DNA of 64,000 nucleotides from Eledone cirrhosa (taxonomy: Eukaryota). This document shows, piece after piece, positions 38,273 to 53,107 of this stretch. Position 1 is the stretch's first letter; each line of letters opens with the position of its first letter. Made by a program: the position numbers and the translations under genes. The notes below the pieces were generated by a model. It did no database searches. It was not told the origin of the DNA and saw only the letters and a program-made list of their open reading frames with translations. The stretch lies in assembly GCA_964016885.1 (NCBI GenBank), contig OZ024745.1, positions 128,092,001 through 128,156,000 on the forward strand, read 5' to 3'.

Positions 38273-38277
<5 letters not shown>
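38070..38277 (-). mobile_element. TA-embedded fold-back element, family A (other copies 18243-18435, 19974-20137, 63838-63976)
   Basis: 130-bp spacerless palindrome 38148-38277 (2 mismatches) containing gccgtcGAAAC, plus a unique 3' arm of about 80 nt with ATTGAGTACT. Confidence 0.85.
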
Positions 38278-38310
<33 letters not shown>

Positions 38311-38634
38311 TCGTTCTCTCTCTTTCTATCCCTCTATATAAATATATGTGGTCTTTAAGTGCGTGCATTTATTTGTGTGTAAGTGTGTGTATATATGCGC
38401 ATACGATTGGGTCGGTCTGTGCGTCGAGTGAGACAGAGAGAGCGAAAGGGTGTGAGGGTGTACGAGAGAGTCTGCGTACTAACCTGGTTTAATGGTTCGT
38501 CTAGAATAACCTACATTTAATTAGGGTCAGGTAAATCGAGACGTTCAAATAAGTTAATAAAGAAAAATATAAAGAAAATATAAAAGCTTTTGAATTGAAT
38601 ATTTCCATTAACTAATGCATTGAACATATGACTG

Positions 38635-38666
<32 letters not shown>

Positions 38667-38748
38667 TGTATGTATGTATGTATGTATGTATGTATGTATG
38701 TATGTATGTATGTATGTATGTATGTATATATGTGCATATATATATGAA

Positions 38749-38783
<35 letters not shown>

Positions 38784-38839
38784 TTTTATATATATAAATA
38801 TGTATATACATATATATGTATGTATATGTATATGTACAT

Positions 38840-38927
<88 letters not shown>

Positions 38928-39062
38928 ATATATATACATATATATATTTTTAATAAATATTTGCTCTACGGTTCTTATATATTTGATATATATTTATCCT
39001 TATCGAGCCCTCTTTGGATTTTAGTCTTTAAATTTATTATTATTACTATATATATATATGTA

Positions 39063-39155
<93 letters not shown>

Positions 39156-39509
39156 AATAGCAGTCAAATCGTGCCAGAAGTAATTCAAAAGGTGAAGTCT
39201 AAATTATAATCCTTATCAAATTAATGAATTCCCATTGGTTAAGTAAATATTTTGAAATCTGTAGTAAAATGTTTCATGATTTTACTGCCTTGATTAAAAT
39301 ATAACAATGATATTAATTAAGAACAATATTATGGTCATGTCAGAAGTGAGATTCTTTATTCAAGATGGGAATTCTTCGCGCAATAAATAGTTGATGGTTT
39401 CGATATTACCTTGAAATCTATGATCAAATTAGCTCGGAGATTCAAATCCAAGAATAATTTTGTGATTGGACCACAATGGCACATCATTTACTTTCGAGCA
39501 ATATAAACG

Positions 39510-39681
39510 CTTCTTCTTCTTCTTCTTCTTCTTCTTCTTCTTCTTCTTCTTCTTCTTCTTCTTCTTCTTCTTCTTCTTCTTCTTCTTCTTCTTCTTCTTC
39601 TTCTTCTTCTTCTTCTTCTTCTTCTTCTTCTTCTTCTTCTTCTTCTTCTTCTTCTTCTTCTTCTTCTTCTTCTTCTTCTTC
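39510..39681. repeat. Perfect (TTC)n microsatellite
   Basis: Direct reading. Confidence 0.98.
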
Positions 39682-39890
39682 GCCCACTTATTCCTGAGAC
39701 GTTGGTTTTGTAGGGGCAATGTTCTCAAATATTCCTTCCAGCGTGTCCTGTCAGAAGCAGCTGTTTCCATCTGATCCATATGGATCCCCAAACGGGACCA
39801 GCTAAGCGCATAGAATCCTTCCAGCGGGTCCTGTCAGAAGCAATAGTTTCTAATTAATCCGACTGGATCCTTAAGCAAGGCCAACTGATG
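39682..39890 (-). pseudogene. RTE 3' end with a long (GAA)n tail
   Basis: METAASDRTRWK motif, internally duplicated, directly followed on the minus strand by the (AAG)n tract 39510-39681. Confidence 0.6.
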
Positions 39891-40026
39891 TATAATTCGT
39901 AAACATGATGCTGATGTACATTGATGAGATTGATAAGATAGTGCTTCAGATTATTGATAGATAGAAACTATAGCATTATCAGTGATTTTAGCTAATTAGG
40001 TACATTTCCTGTTTATTGGATGTGTA

Positions 40027-40090
<64 letters not shown>

Positions 40091-41710
40091 GAAGTTATAT
40101 TTAATTTGTTGGGATACAACAAGCAAATATTTTTATAACTGATATAAAGCACTCAACAAATTTTTTGAGTAAAAATACAATATATTAATAAATGGAAACT
40201 ATATTTATAAAACCATATTTATTTCATTATACATATTTCAAGGACACCAAAGTAAATTATGGTGCGCTTTCATCAGATAAAATATAATATAGATCAGTTT
40301 TATAAACAAATATTGACATACCCTTAAAAGAATGCGACCATAACAGACATGGTCGCATTCTTTTAAGGGTATGTCAATATTTGTTTATAAAAATGATCTA
40401 TATTATATATATAACGGTTGACCGTTAATATTCAAAATATTTAATTTAAGTTCAGAGTAATGAATAATATTTAAGTTATTATAGTATACTATCAAATTTA
40501 ATTTCTAAAATCAAATTTTATGAAATCAAATTTAAAGGATTTACAAACACGAGAAAGAAAACATAATGTTTTTACAACCTCGCGAAGGTAAACTTATACC
40601 AAAATTATTTATAATATTGACAACAGTTTATATAATATAATTTACAAAATAATTACAGTTATAACTTTTTAAGAATTTATTATTAGCAATTTGAGTGCCT
40701 AAAGGATCAACAGGCCTTATAATTAAACTTAAAGAGGTCTGAATTTTAAATTACATATATGTGTTTATCAAAAAAATACACAAAGATTATATTGTCTAAA
40801 GACTTAAGATGATACCTCTCAATTAGACATAACATAATACAATATAGTAAATAAGTTACTGAAAATATTGTTAAAAATTAATGTTTTAGATCAATTATTG
40901 TAAAAGGATCATTTAATAGATATATACTATAAATATATAAGTCAAAACTTCATGAGTCCTAAGGATTAGGACTAGATACAAAATAAAAGTGAAAAATAAT
41001 GAATTGTTTGCGAAACATAAAAATATATTTTAAAATGCAAGAGGGTTTTAATACATAGTAGACAAAAGATACTTCTAAAATGTCCAGCGAATGTGATAGA
41101 AAGAGGAGCTAAAGATTTGAAAGAGCCGAAGGTAATCTAAATTTAATTAAAATAAAGTAAATTAAATTAAATTAAGTAATAATCATTATATAATTTCGAA
41201 CATCAAGGGAATATCTAACACTTATAACAATAGAGAGTATCTAAATTACTTATAAATGTAACTACGAGCTTGTTATTATACTAGATAAACATATTTGTAC
41301 AACTATATAGAGAGAGTATTATAGGTATTAGTGAAACGATATAAATATAATAAATAAATAAACGATATACCTGTAATAAATAAATAATTACAATTACAAT
41401 TATAATGCTATAATTGTAGTTTTACCTCCAGTTCAGTGGAAAGAGATACCAATATTTGTCGACTAGTATGGTTTGTTATATTTATACCTAGATATATATA
41501 AAAAAATATATAAGTGCAAAAATATATAAGTGCAAAACATATCCCAAATGAGTAAAATATATAAATGCATGAATGATCTACGGTTCAATTATAACCGGTA
41601 ATCTTACAAGTTAAATATCCAAATTATATTTAAAACAGATACAAATATATAAAGATCCGAATCTAAAATAATCCAAAGGTGTGCATATTTATCAAGAGAA
41701 CAAGTTAACA

Positions 41711-41837
<127 letters not shown>

Positions 41838-41884
41838 AACATATATATATATACATATATATATATACACACACACATATATAT

Positions 41885-42080
41885 ATATTTAATATAGAAA
41901 GGCTCCTACAGGACTAGAACTGTTTCATTCTGGATAATCATAGGGCTTTCTGATGATTTCTCCCGAATGAAACAGTTCTAGTCCTGTAGGACTAGACTTT
42001 CTATATTAAATATTTATACTCTGCTTTGTATTGAGTACCTTACTTACTGTGGTTATCCCCGATTGAACCTGGGATAAACT
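41885..42080 (+). mobile_element. TA-embedded fold-back element, family B (other copies 13826-14010 minus; 3' end at about 36110-36166)
   Basis: Inverted arms of about 45 bp around CTGATGA-TTTC-tccc-GAAT-GAAAC. ATTGAGTAC at 42030. Confidence 0.8.
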
Positions 42081-42132
<52 letters not shown>

Positions 42133-42869
42133 GGTGTGTGTGTGTGTTTGTGTGTATACTTGTGTTTGTGTTTGTGAGTGTGTGCGAGTGTGCCTCTCTC
42201 TATGTGTGTGTGTGTGTGTATAGGTAAGAGGGAGAAGAGACGAGTACTGAAAGGAGAAGCTATACATTAGATTTAAAGCTATATAATTAGATTTAAATGA
42301 GGTTGCCTTATCCATTGTTTAAAATGAACCATAATATACAGAAAAGACAGCATGCTGTCAAATATTTCATTGTCGCTAACGCCATCAACGGAATAAGAAA
42401 CACAAAGAGAATTGGCGGAAATACGTTAAGTTTGTCTTGTATAAAAAAAAATCAATATATTTGTAATTCCTTTATAGTTAGTTGTAAATTTGCATCATTT
42501 CAATTCATAATAGTTCAATAGCTATCATCAATGGAGGGAATTTAATAAAATAAAAGAGAAATAAAACCAAGAAATGTGGCGAAGTGGAAGGGGGCAGAAA
42601 ATAAAAGAAGAAAATGATTAAGGATGCTTTCTTTTTGCTAAGAAATGTTAAAATATAAAGATATAAAACGAAATATTCACACTTTAAAGATGCAAATTAA
42701 GAAGAAAAATATATTATCGAAGCCTTTAATATTATTGTAATTGTCGTCCTACTTGTTTTTATCGTAGTTGTTACTGTTTTTTGTCAATGATGGTTTCTGT
42801 CGTTGTTGTTGTTGTTGTTGTTCTTGTTGTTGTTATTAGACAGAGACTTTAAGTTCCTCGTGATATTGG

Positions 42870-43478
42870 TATTATTTTTACAATTTTGTTGTTTTCTTTC
42901 TTGGTTATATTTTTTGCTGTTGTTATTTTGGTGTTATACGTATTTCATATATTGCTAGCCATATTTGTCTTATTGTTATTGTTAGTATGTATATATTGTT
43001 TGTACTATTTTGTTTTTGCTGTTGTTTGTTATTGTATTTTGCTGTTATACGTATTTCTCATACCGTTGGTCTTTTTTGTCGTTTTGTTGTTGTTAACATA
43101 TGTATATATTATTTGTACTATTTTGTTGTTTTCCTCTTGGTTATATCTTTCTGTTGTTATTCATTTTGCTGTTATACGTATTTCTTATATCGTTAGTCGA
43201 ATTTGTCGTATCGTTGTTGTTAGCATATGTATATATTATTTGTACTATTTTGTTGTTTTCCTCTTGGTTATATCTTGCTGCTGTTATTTCATTTTGCTGT
43301 TATACGTATTTCTTACATTGTTAGTCGTATTTGTCTTATCGTTATTGTTAACACATGTATATATTATTTGTACTATTTTGTTGTTTTCCTCTTGGTTATA
43401 TTTTGATGGTGTTATTTTATTTTGCTGTTATACGTATTTCATATACCTTTGGTCGTGTTTGTCTTATCGCTGTTGTTA

Positions 43479-43480
<2 letters not shown>
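42870..43480. repeat. Minisatellite, about five units of 113-128 bp
   Basis: tgtatatattatttgtactattttgttgttttcctcttggttatat..ttttgctgttatacgtatttc recurs. Confidence 0.9.
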
Positions 43481-43565
<85 letters not shown>

Positions 43566-43730
43566 CATATATATATATATATTTCATTAAGGATTTCATA
43601 CGTTCATCATTTATGCTTATGTTGTTGTTTACATGGTTAATGCTTTTCATTGGCTGCCGTTGTTGTTGATATTCCTGTGTTCTTTGTTACCGTTGTTGAA
43701 TAATTACAGTATTATAAACAATATAACTAG

Positions 43731-43806
<76 letters not shown>

Positions 43807-44159
43807 TTAGTAGCATTTGTTTATTTCATGTTTTTACATTGTTCTAATTGATCTTTTTTTTTGTTATTTGGGCGAATTTGATTTATCTTTTTGTTGTTTT
43901 ATATATAACTTTTTTTGCTGGTGTTGCCATTTTTGTTGATGATGAATGCTTGTCTTTTGCTTGTATTGTTGTTGCTCCTATTTCCGTTCTTTCTTTACGT
44001 TCTTATAGTCGATATTGCTGTTCATCTTTGTTTACGCAGTGTATAAATTCACCGATTGTAAAATAAACATGTCGTCTGTTTCCAGTAAGTCTAAAGACAT
44101 TAACATTCCAGTTGCTTCTATTATATACTTCATTTGTTTTTCAGATTTTTCCATGTTAA

Positions 44160-44391
44160 ATCATTTTTATATTATTTTTATCGTTTCCTCGGGATCTTAG
44201 AAAACCCCACTGTTGTTTCAATATATTTTTGTTTCCCTCGATGGTATTAAAGAATACACAGTCAATGTTGTTATTGTTATAGTTATTTTTATTGCACCAC
44301 CACCATTTGTACCGTCCTGTATTGTCCTGTACTGTCCTTAATGTTTTACTTTGTGTCAACCCTTGTGGTTAATAAAGAAAGCATTCTTATT
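44160..44391 (+). mobile_element. Two tandem 5'-truncated 3' ends of Tx1-like LINEs
   Basis: gatcttagaaaaccccactgt (about 44193) resembles LINE 3' UTR gatctctatgtaaacccccactgt. cccttgtggttaataaagaaagcattcttatt (44360-44391) resembles LINE cccttgtggccaataaatgaaatcattatt. Confidence 0.55.
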
Positions 44392-44394
44392 ACA

Positions 44395-44409
44395 GCAGCA
44401 GCAGCAGTG

Positions 44410-44484
<75 letters not shown>

Positions 44485-44520
44485 GTAGTAGTAGTCGTAG
44501 TAACAACAGCAAAACAACAA

Positions 44521-44600
<80 letters not shown>

Positions 44601-44616
44601 ACAGCAGCAACAACAA

Positions 44617-44654
<38 letters not shown>

Positions 44655-44670
44655 ACAGCAGCAACAACAA

Positions 44671-44711
<41 letters not shown>

Positions 44712-44730
44712 ACAGCAATAGCAGCAGTAG
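44395..44730. repeat. (TAG)n microsatellite array with repeated acagcagcaacaacaag spacers
   Basis: Direct reading. Confidence 0.95.
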
Positions 44731-45104
44731 CTAATTTAGACGGTAGAAAAATATTTCGTATCATCGTAAATACTAAGCCAATAAATGATACTTAGACACG
44801 AGACTCTTACTTATAGTAGTCCACAATTTGTATGATTCCACAACTAATTATTAATGTCACTGAAGACAAACTTAGACATAGAGAGAGGGATGGCGTAGGA
44901 AAAGGAGAGAGATAAAAAAGGAGAAAAAACAAAATACCTTCTTCTTTGGTGTTTCTTCTTATTGAAATTGAAACCGTTTAACGGCTTGATGAGAGATAAT
45001 AGAAACTATTAATTAAAATTATAATTAAATGTCTATTTAGTTTGATAGCTGCTCGGAGTGTAATTTGTAAAGAATTTCCTATTGACGATGATGTTGTTGA
45101 TAAT

Positions 45105-45672
45105 AATAGCTGTTTCTACTTTAGGCACAAGGCCATGAATTTGATGCGGAGGGGCAGGTCGATTAAATCGACCCTAGTACATTACTGGTACTTTATTTTA
45201 TCGACCTCGTAAGGATGAACGGCAAAGTTAATCTTGGTGGGATTTGAACTCTATGCTGCAAAGCATGGCGTCCGACCCTCTACCGATACTGCCAATCCAC
45301 CGCCCTGTATGATTTCTCGTATAGACACAAAGCCAGTATTTTGGGGGAGGGAAAAGTCGATTAAATCTATCCAGTGTATTACTGGTACTTTATTTTATCG
45401 ATTCCGCAAGGATGAAAGGCAAAGTTCACCTCGGTGGGATTCGAACTCAGAACGTAAAGGGAGGTAATTATGTGCCACGAAGCATGTCGTCCGAGTCTCT
45501 ACCGATACTGACAATCCATTGCTCTCGTTGATGATAATAATAATTTTTTCTACTTTATCCCAGTGCATTACTGGTACTTTATTTTATCAAACGCATAAGG
45601 ATGAAAGGCAAGGTTAAACTCGGGGGGGATTTGAAATCAGACCGTAAAGGGCCGTAACTGTATGCTGCAAAG
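45105..45672 (-). mobile_element. Three tandem SINE copies
   Basis: Family core repeated three times with internal deletions. Confidence 0.8.
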
Positions 45673-45874
45673 ACAGAGAGAAGTAGGGACAGGAGAAATG
45701 ACGTAATTATGGTTATCAGTTTCTTTCCTATATTCGAAGGAAATAAAACGATATGATTTGCTCTTTCTATAAAGCAGAATCCTTCACTTAGCAATTTTTA
45801 ACTGACATCTCATTTCCTACGTCTTTTAATATTCGGCAGAAACACAGAAACACACACACACGTATGAAAAAATA

Positions 45875-46575
<701 letters not shown>

Positions 46576-46622
46576 GTATTCCAACCCGCCCGTCACCTCA
46601 ATCTATCTTATTTCTCATTATT

Positions 46623-46658
46623 TCTTCTGATGAAGGACTAGCGTCTGAAACATTAAGA
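46623..46658 (+). ncRNA. Minimal type I hammerhead motif within a TA-flanked element (about 46580-46745)
   Basis: TCTT-CTGATGA-A-GGAC-tagc-GTCT-GAAAC-ATT-AAGA. Two deviations fit CpG decay from ..GTCCGAAACGTTAAGA. Confidence 0.65.
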
Positions 46659-46812
46659 CCCTCTTTCTGCTATATCAAGCGTTAACCTAATATATCCCTT
46701 CCGTATACTGTACTGATTGTGCTGTTATTTCTGTTTACCTTTTACATACATATATATATATATATATATTTATTAAAATAACAGATTAATATATATGTCT
46801 GTGTGTGCGTGT

Positions 46813-47058
46813 GTAAGAACAAAGTGGAGGTGTTACATAGGAGATTTATTGCTCAATCCTGGCTACAAATGTTTCTCAAGCAGCCGCCTCGTCCTCTGGA
46901 TTGGCATCCCAGACCAGATTTCAAGTCTGCCTGATCCTTAAACCATTCTCAACACAACAAAAATCCACTTTGTCCTTATTATCGAGTGCTGACCTTGGTA
47001 CTCTCATCAGTTTTCTTCGGACTTACTGAACATATACCTTACTGAACATACCTCACAT
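46813..47058 (+). mobile_element. TA/TG-flanked element, family F
   Basis: Short inverted match aagaacaaagtgga / tccactttgtcctt. ATCGAGTGCT at 46981. Confidence 0.5.
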
Positions 47059-49716
47059 ATATATATGTATATATATATGTATATATATATATATATATAT
47101 ATGGGGTAACAAGTTATCGTTATAGGTAATCCAGTTAGAGGTTGTGAATACTCTGTGTCGTGGATAGTTTTAACGTACGATTCTGTTTAACTCAACAAGA
47201 TGTTTCCATAGTTAGGCAGCGAGTTCGCGGTAATTCCTATGTAGGTTATACTTGGAGTAATAACGTAATGGAGATCGAGTGACGCAATTTCAAGCGATTA
47301 GCGACCTCTAGACTCACCTGATCAATGAAACAATTGTTAATACCTGAAATAAAGCCCCTTGTTGTACAGCCAACCATGTTACTGTTCATTCTTTCAAAAA
47401 TGAAAAATAAAATATATATAACAGAAATAACAACACAATCGGTACAGTATATGGCGGGATTTGAACTCAGACCGTAAAGGGACGTAACTATGCTGGAAAG
47501 CATGGCGTTCGACTCTCTACCGATACTGCCAATCCACCAAATAATGAAAGTTAAAACAATATGTGACAAGGGGTGACAGGACTTTCGGACCACCCTGTAG
47601 AAAAAAATGAAAAATAAAATATGGTTGGAAAAGAATATAATTGGAGGGTCAAGAAAATCTTAAAAGCGGTATGCATTTACAGGAAAGTCATTAAAGTTTG
47701 AAACTTATATAAGTTTGAAACTTCCTTCAATAGACCTTGGATGTAATATTTTTCAGTAAAAAAACACTTTTAGTTTGCTACATATTGTATATGTATAGAA
47801 AAGATGAAAGTATATAACAATTACCGTCAACTTGCCAATTATAGAATTAGGGAGGTGGGTTTGAGAATTAGGAAAAGACCGCTATACTTAATCAAGAAAA
47901 ATAAATACGAAGTCATTACTGCTATAAAGATTACAAAAAAGGAAACAGGATGTAAGAAGGCAAAAGTGAAAAGTAAAAATCTTGCAAACTGAAAATATGA
48001 CAGAAATATTGAAAACCTGACTGAAAAATACAGAAAAGATGATTAGAATATACCTTCATAATGTAAAACTAAACTAAACTTTAAAGTGGGGTAAACAGGC
48101 GGAAAAACTGTGAATGTAGCATGAAAATATATACAGAGTAGACATATCAGAGTACGGTCAACATATAAACTTAGAAATTCATAACTAATTTGGATTTACA
48201 GGAAATGGAAACTTGTGGTAAAGCGAACCAAAATTGTTATTGAAAATGAAAGTTTTGATTCTCTGTGGGATATTTTTTCTTTGCAAACACATAAGATTAC
48301 ATAGCTTCAAGGAACTATATTTTATCATAATTCTGAGAAATGGACGTATATAAAATTTTAGGATTTTTAATAACATATGATAGAAAAATCTTTAAAGAAG
48401 TGAAACAGATTTTAAAAAATGGAAAGGCGAACAAAATATCCTTGTTACTCTAGGACTCGGAAATGTGTATATATCCTTAAACAGAGATTGGAATCAGAAA
48501 AAAATCCCCAAAAAGTTTTAGTGTTAACTCGTGTGCACATATGAAATAAAGCATTTTTGGCCATGCTGGGACATCACTCTCAAGAGTATGGTTGATTATA
48601 TTGATCCTGGATATTTGAAAGTCAAAATCAATGTAGACGGAAATTGAACACGAAATGTAAAGAGACGTAATCAACACTATTTTGCTTGACGTTCTCTATA
48701 TGTATGTTGTATTAATAGTCACACGCATACACAATTACACACATACATAACTATATATAAATACATATTTTTGGTCCCATCGCAGATAAGCTATAACCTA
48801 TAATATTTGCTAAAAATCCTGTAAAGTATCTTTGGAGACAGAAAAAAATTCAACAAAGGGACCTGCGAGAAATTGAACCACACATCTCTCAGATGCCGGT
48901 CGAAAGAATTAACCAGTACCCTAATGTGTCTTGGCCACGCATTGCGCCCTATTTTAGAATGTTTATGAGTGTAGCTAAAATGTAAACATCCGGCTGACTT
49001 ACGAAGTGTTTGGATGATTAAAGAAAATTAATTTAGTGTGATTCAATAAATATGTAACCAATTGGATTAAAGAAAATTAATTTAGTTTGATTCAGTAAAT
49101 GTGTAACCAAATACATTCTACTACTGACCATTCCATCTTCTTTCTAGAGAATTTATCTAGGACTATATCTGATGTGTCCAACACATAATATGCTGTGAGA
49201 AAGAATCGGGTCTTGAGAAACCAAGTAGATAATCTGGAGGTTTTTTTATCGGTTTCCTTTTTAATTAGAACGCTCATTATAATTATAATTAAGCTAGCAC
49301 CAATAGAAGCTACACATGTGGTAAATGGCATGATTTTTGTAGTGTGTATGCCTGCTTCCTACGGCATGGACAAGATCAGCTAGTACAGAAAATTCAATGA
49401 TGCGCAGATTGTAATTAACTACACTGTGGTTGGTACAAGTAGATGCTGCGTTTAGCTCTATGGGATATAGACTTTAAACATAGAAATATTGGGACTGGAA
49501 TGTCACAGAAGTTACTTTATATATAAACATATTGTAAGGTTGTTGAGATTTGCTGATGAAACACAAAATTACTATAATCTTTTTTATGGTGACATGCATG
49601 ATTATTAACTTAGCTTAACCTAAAACAATCTTCACAGCAAGACTAGGTATGTTTGCGTACACAAAGTTGATTATGTCATATGACGACACTGTAGTGAAAG
49701 TTATACTTCATTAATT

Positions 49717-49890
49717 TGTGGATTGGCAGTATCGGTAGAGGGTCGGACGCCATGCTTTCCAGCATAGTTACGTCCCTTTACGATCTGAGTTCAAATCCTG
49801 CCGAGGTTGACTTTGCCTTTCATCCTTACGGGGTCGATAAAATAAAGTACCAGTAATTGCTGGCCTTGTGCCTAAAGTAGAAACAATTAA
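49717..49890 (+). mobile_element. SINE copy
   Basis: gtggattggcagtatcggtagagggtcggacgcc...gtgcctaaagtagaaacaatt. Confidence 0.88.
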
Positions 49891-50110
49891 TTTATATGAT
49901 TCTGTGTCAACAATATGAAGAATATAGTTTAATATATGAAGATACTTATATATACACACATATATTCATATATATATATATATATATAGTAATAATAATA
50001 ATAAATTTGAAGACTAAAATCCAGAGGTTAAGGATGAAAGCACCGATTCTTTGCTTAAACTTTAATCTGTTATTTTAATAAATATTTATCTATATATCTA
50101 TATCTATCTA

Positions 50111-50218
<108 letters not shown>

Positions 50219-50340
50219 GACAGAAGGTTTGACTCACTTTTTAAATCAATGACAGAATGATAAAGTGTTGCTGCATGCAGTTACGTCCATATACGTTAAA
50301 TGTATAAATCCTTTTATGATCGATATATCTTTCTGGATCC

Positions 50341-50820
50341 TCAAGCGCGACCAGCCAATCTCATGGATGTTATCCAACCATCTTGCTCGGGGTCTACCCT
50401 TGGGTCTCCTGCATGTTGGTTTTTCCTGTAAAATCTCTGCAACGTTTTTTTCCTGAACATTCTCACCACAGGCCCATAATATCGGAGCTGTGATCTCTCA
50501 ATTCGGAGAAGTAACAGCCCTACCTGGAGTGACTCTCTGATCTCCGAGCTACACACTCTGTCGAGTACCGTTACTTCAAAGACCCTTCGGGGGAACCCCA
50601 TTTCAGCTGCTTGTATTCGTGATCGTTTTCTTTCGGTCCTTACCCAAGATTCTTGACCATAGTTAAGGGTTGGCAGTAATACCGAATTGAAGATAGCGAG
50701 ATATGTTTTTACACCTACTTCCCTTCTTCTGGTTACCGAATGCTGAATCTGGCGCATTACTGCACCAGCTCCTGTAATTCTTGCCCTTAATTCCACCCCC
50801 TACCTTCCATCACTCGTTAG
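50341..50820 (-). pseudogene. RTE-clade (Rex3/Expander-like) LINE fragment
   Basis: PTLNYGQESWVRTERKRSRIQAAEMGF..DRVCSSEIRESL..LLLRIERSQLRYYG is a characteristic RTE post-RT region. Confidence 0.85.
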
Positions 50821-50856
50821 AAATCAATATTCTTAATAATCTATTAAACTTTTTAT

Positions 50857-51172
50857 TAGCGGCTCTCCGTCGATTACGATGATGAGTGTTTCAATTGATA
50901 TGATCAACGGAACCACCTACTCCTGAAATTAGCGTGCAAGTGGCTGAGCATTCCACAAACATGTGTACCTTTAACGTATTTCTTAGAGAGATTCGGCGTG
51001 ACACAGAATGTGACAAGGCTGGTTCTTTGAATTACAGGTACAACTCATTTTTGTGGACTGGAATAACCTGAAATAAAGTATCATGCTCAAAGATACAACG
51101 CGCAGCCGGGAATCGAACTCACGACCTTACGATATTGAGTCGAATACCCTAACCACACAGTCACGCACCTTC
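50857..51172 (-). mobile_element. Second tRNA-derived SINE family (Meta/V-like core)
   Basis: Minus strand: A-box-like GTGTGGTTAG, B-box GAGTTCGATTCC, then gtatctttgagcatgatactttatttc..ccagtccac..aaatgagt. A related copy lies at 53415-53690. Confidence 0.65.
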
Positions 51173-51426
51173 ACAATTTCTTTGTTGATGGTGATAAAAT
51201 GTTAGAAGCGATTCAGTGTTGCAAATCTCTCTGTTATATGTTCAAATTTCCCTGGAGTCTTGTTTGCCTTTTATCCTTCCGCATTTATCCTAAACAGTTA
51301 TAATCCCCGTAAAGTGCGGGATCTCATCTTCGCATTATAAGTCATTGCTTCTACTAGCGGGAACACCGACCTCCGAGCGATTTCCAACATGTGGATATAA
51401 CGTGTAAGTAAAGGTGAATGTTTTTC

Positions 51427-51504
<78 letters not shown>

Positions 51505-51570
51505 CGTGTATGTATGTGTTTTGTATATCTAACGATATACGGTACGTTTCCCAAACACTTAAATTCTACC

Positions 51571-51697
<127 letters not shown>

Positions 51698-51704
51698 CAT
51701 ATAT

Positions 51705-51977
51705 ATAATACAAGGACGATTTGTTAAGCCTTCATTACGTTTATTAATTGGTGACACGCGTTTCGCTATTGATCAGCTCAAGGTTCGAACCTTGAGTTGA
51801 CCAATAGCGAAACCCGCGTCACCAATTAATAAACGTAATGAAGGCTTAATAAATCGTCCTTGTATTATTATATTTACACTCTGTCTAGCTCTACACTTCG
51901 CTACAGACGTGAACCTAAACATCGAGTGCTCACCTGGGTGAACCTACAGTAACTTCACCTTACACTCCCTGGATAGA
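51705..51977 (+). mobile_element. TA-embedded fold-back element, family E
   Basis: 164-bp spacerless palindrome 51705-51868 centred on ggttc|gaacc. Each arm holds a hammerhead 3' half (GAAAC-GCGT-GTC / GAAAC-CCGC-GTC). ATCGAGTGCT at 51921. Confidence 0.85.
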
Positions 51978-52509
51978 TATATATATATATACAATAAACA
52001 TGTGTTAACGGTAAATTCTCCTTTGCATTCATTCGACTTGTAACAGCCCTGCTTATATTCTCGCCCGCGACATATTAAGGCTTCTAATATTTAACCCTGT
52101 AGGCACAAGTATTGAGCACATTTGCACAAGCTGTTGGCAACTAAATATATGTATCGCTTATCTCTTCCTCTCTCTCTCTCTATACTTAAATATTCTCTCT
52201 CTCTATATATATATATCCCACCGTTGTCGACTTTATTTTTATGTTTCTGTTGACCATAAAATTACTACCAGCCAAGTACTGGGATCCATCTAACCCACTG
52301 TCCCGTGTTCCCAGAATATGCCACATTTTTCCCTTTGTATAAAATAGTTACTACAAAGATTGAGAAGTAGAACTGGTAGACAACAGCTTTACAATTCTTG
52401 CTGTGTTTAGCAAGGTTCGTTTAATTCTATCTGAATATAATTCTCTTTCTTCGTTTTTCTAATTTGTTTTTCATCAATCTATCTGAATATTAGAATTCCT
52501 TAATAAGGC

Positions 52510-53107
52510 TTTCTAATCTAGACCCAACGCCTACAAATTGTATGGAGGAGAAAGTCGGTTATATTGTCCAAGAAAGGATGAAATGGAAAGTTGACCTAGT
52601 TTGGATTTGAACTCAATGCGTGAGACAGAACAAAGACTACTAGGCAATTTCATCAATGCTGTAACGATTCTGCTAATCCATCGCTCCTTTTTTAATGATG
52701 ATTTCTAATTTAAGCACAAGGTTATCATGGGGTGGGGATAAAGCTTATTGCATCGACTCGAGTACCTGACAGGTTCTTTATTTTAACAACTTTAGAAGGA
52801 TAAAATGTAAAGTTGACTTCGGTGAGATTTGAACTTAGAACATCGTACCTAAATACTGCAAAACATTTTATCCGCCGCTCTACTGATACTGCTAATACAC
52901 CACCGTATAGGTAATTGATAATTGTTTCTACTTTTGGCACAAAGCCAGCAATTATTCCAGTGTATTACTGGCACTTTATTTTATTGACCCCCTAAGGATG
53001 AAAGGCAATTTTAACCTCGGCGGGATTTGAACTCAGAATGGAAAGGGCCGTAACTCTATGTGTCAAAGCATGGCATCCTACCCTCTACCGATACTGCCGA
53101 TCCACCA
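52510..53107 (-). mobile_element. Tandem of two old diverged SINE copies and one young copy
   Basis: 52918-53107 is close to the consensus. 52510-52905 holds diverged relatives with the same layout. Confidence 0.75.

Noticed and set aside
39429-39791. Poly-Lys/Phe/Ser/Glu ORFs
   Set aside because: (TTC)n microsatellite forming the tail of an RTE fragment.
47570-47599. CAGGGTG-type Tc1/mariner terminal inverted repeat (minus strand)
   Set aside because: No matching partner terminus found in the window, so it is not called as an element.
48858-48930. tRNA-like sequence on the minus strand with A/B-box-like motifs
   Set aside because: The acceptor stem does not pair convincingly. More likely a decayed SINE head or tRNA pseudogene than a tRNA gene.
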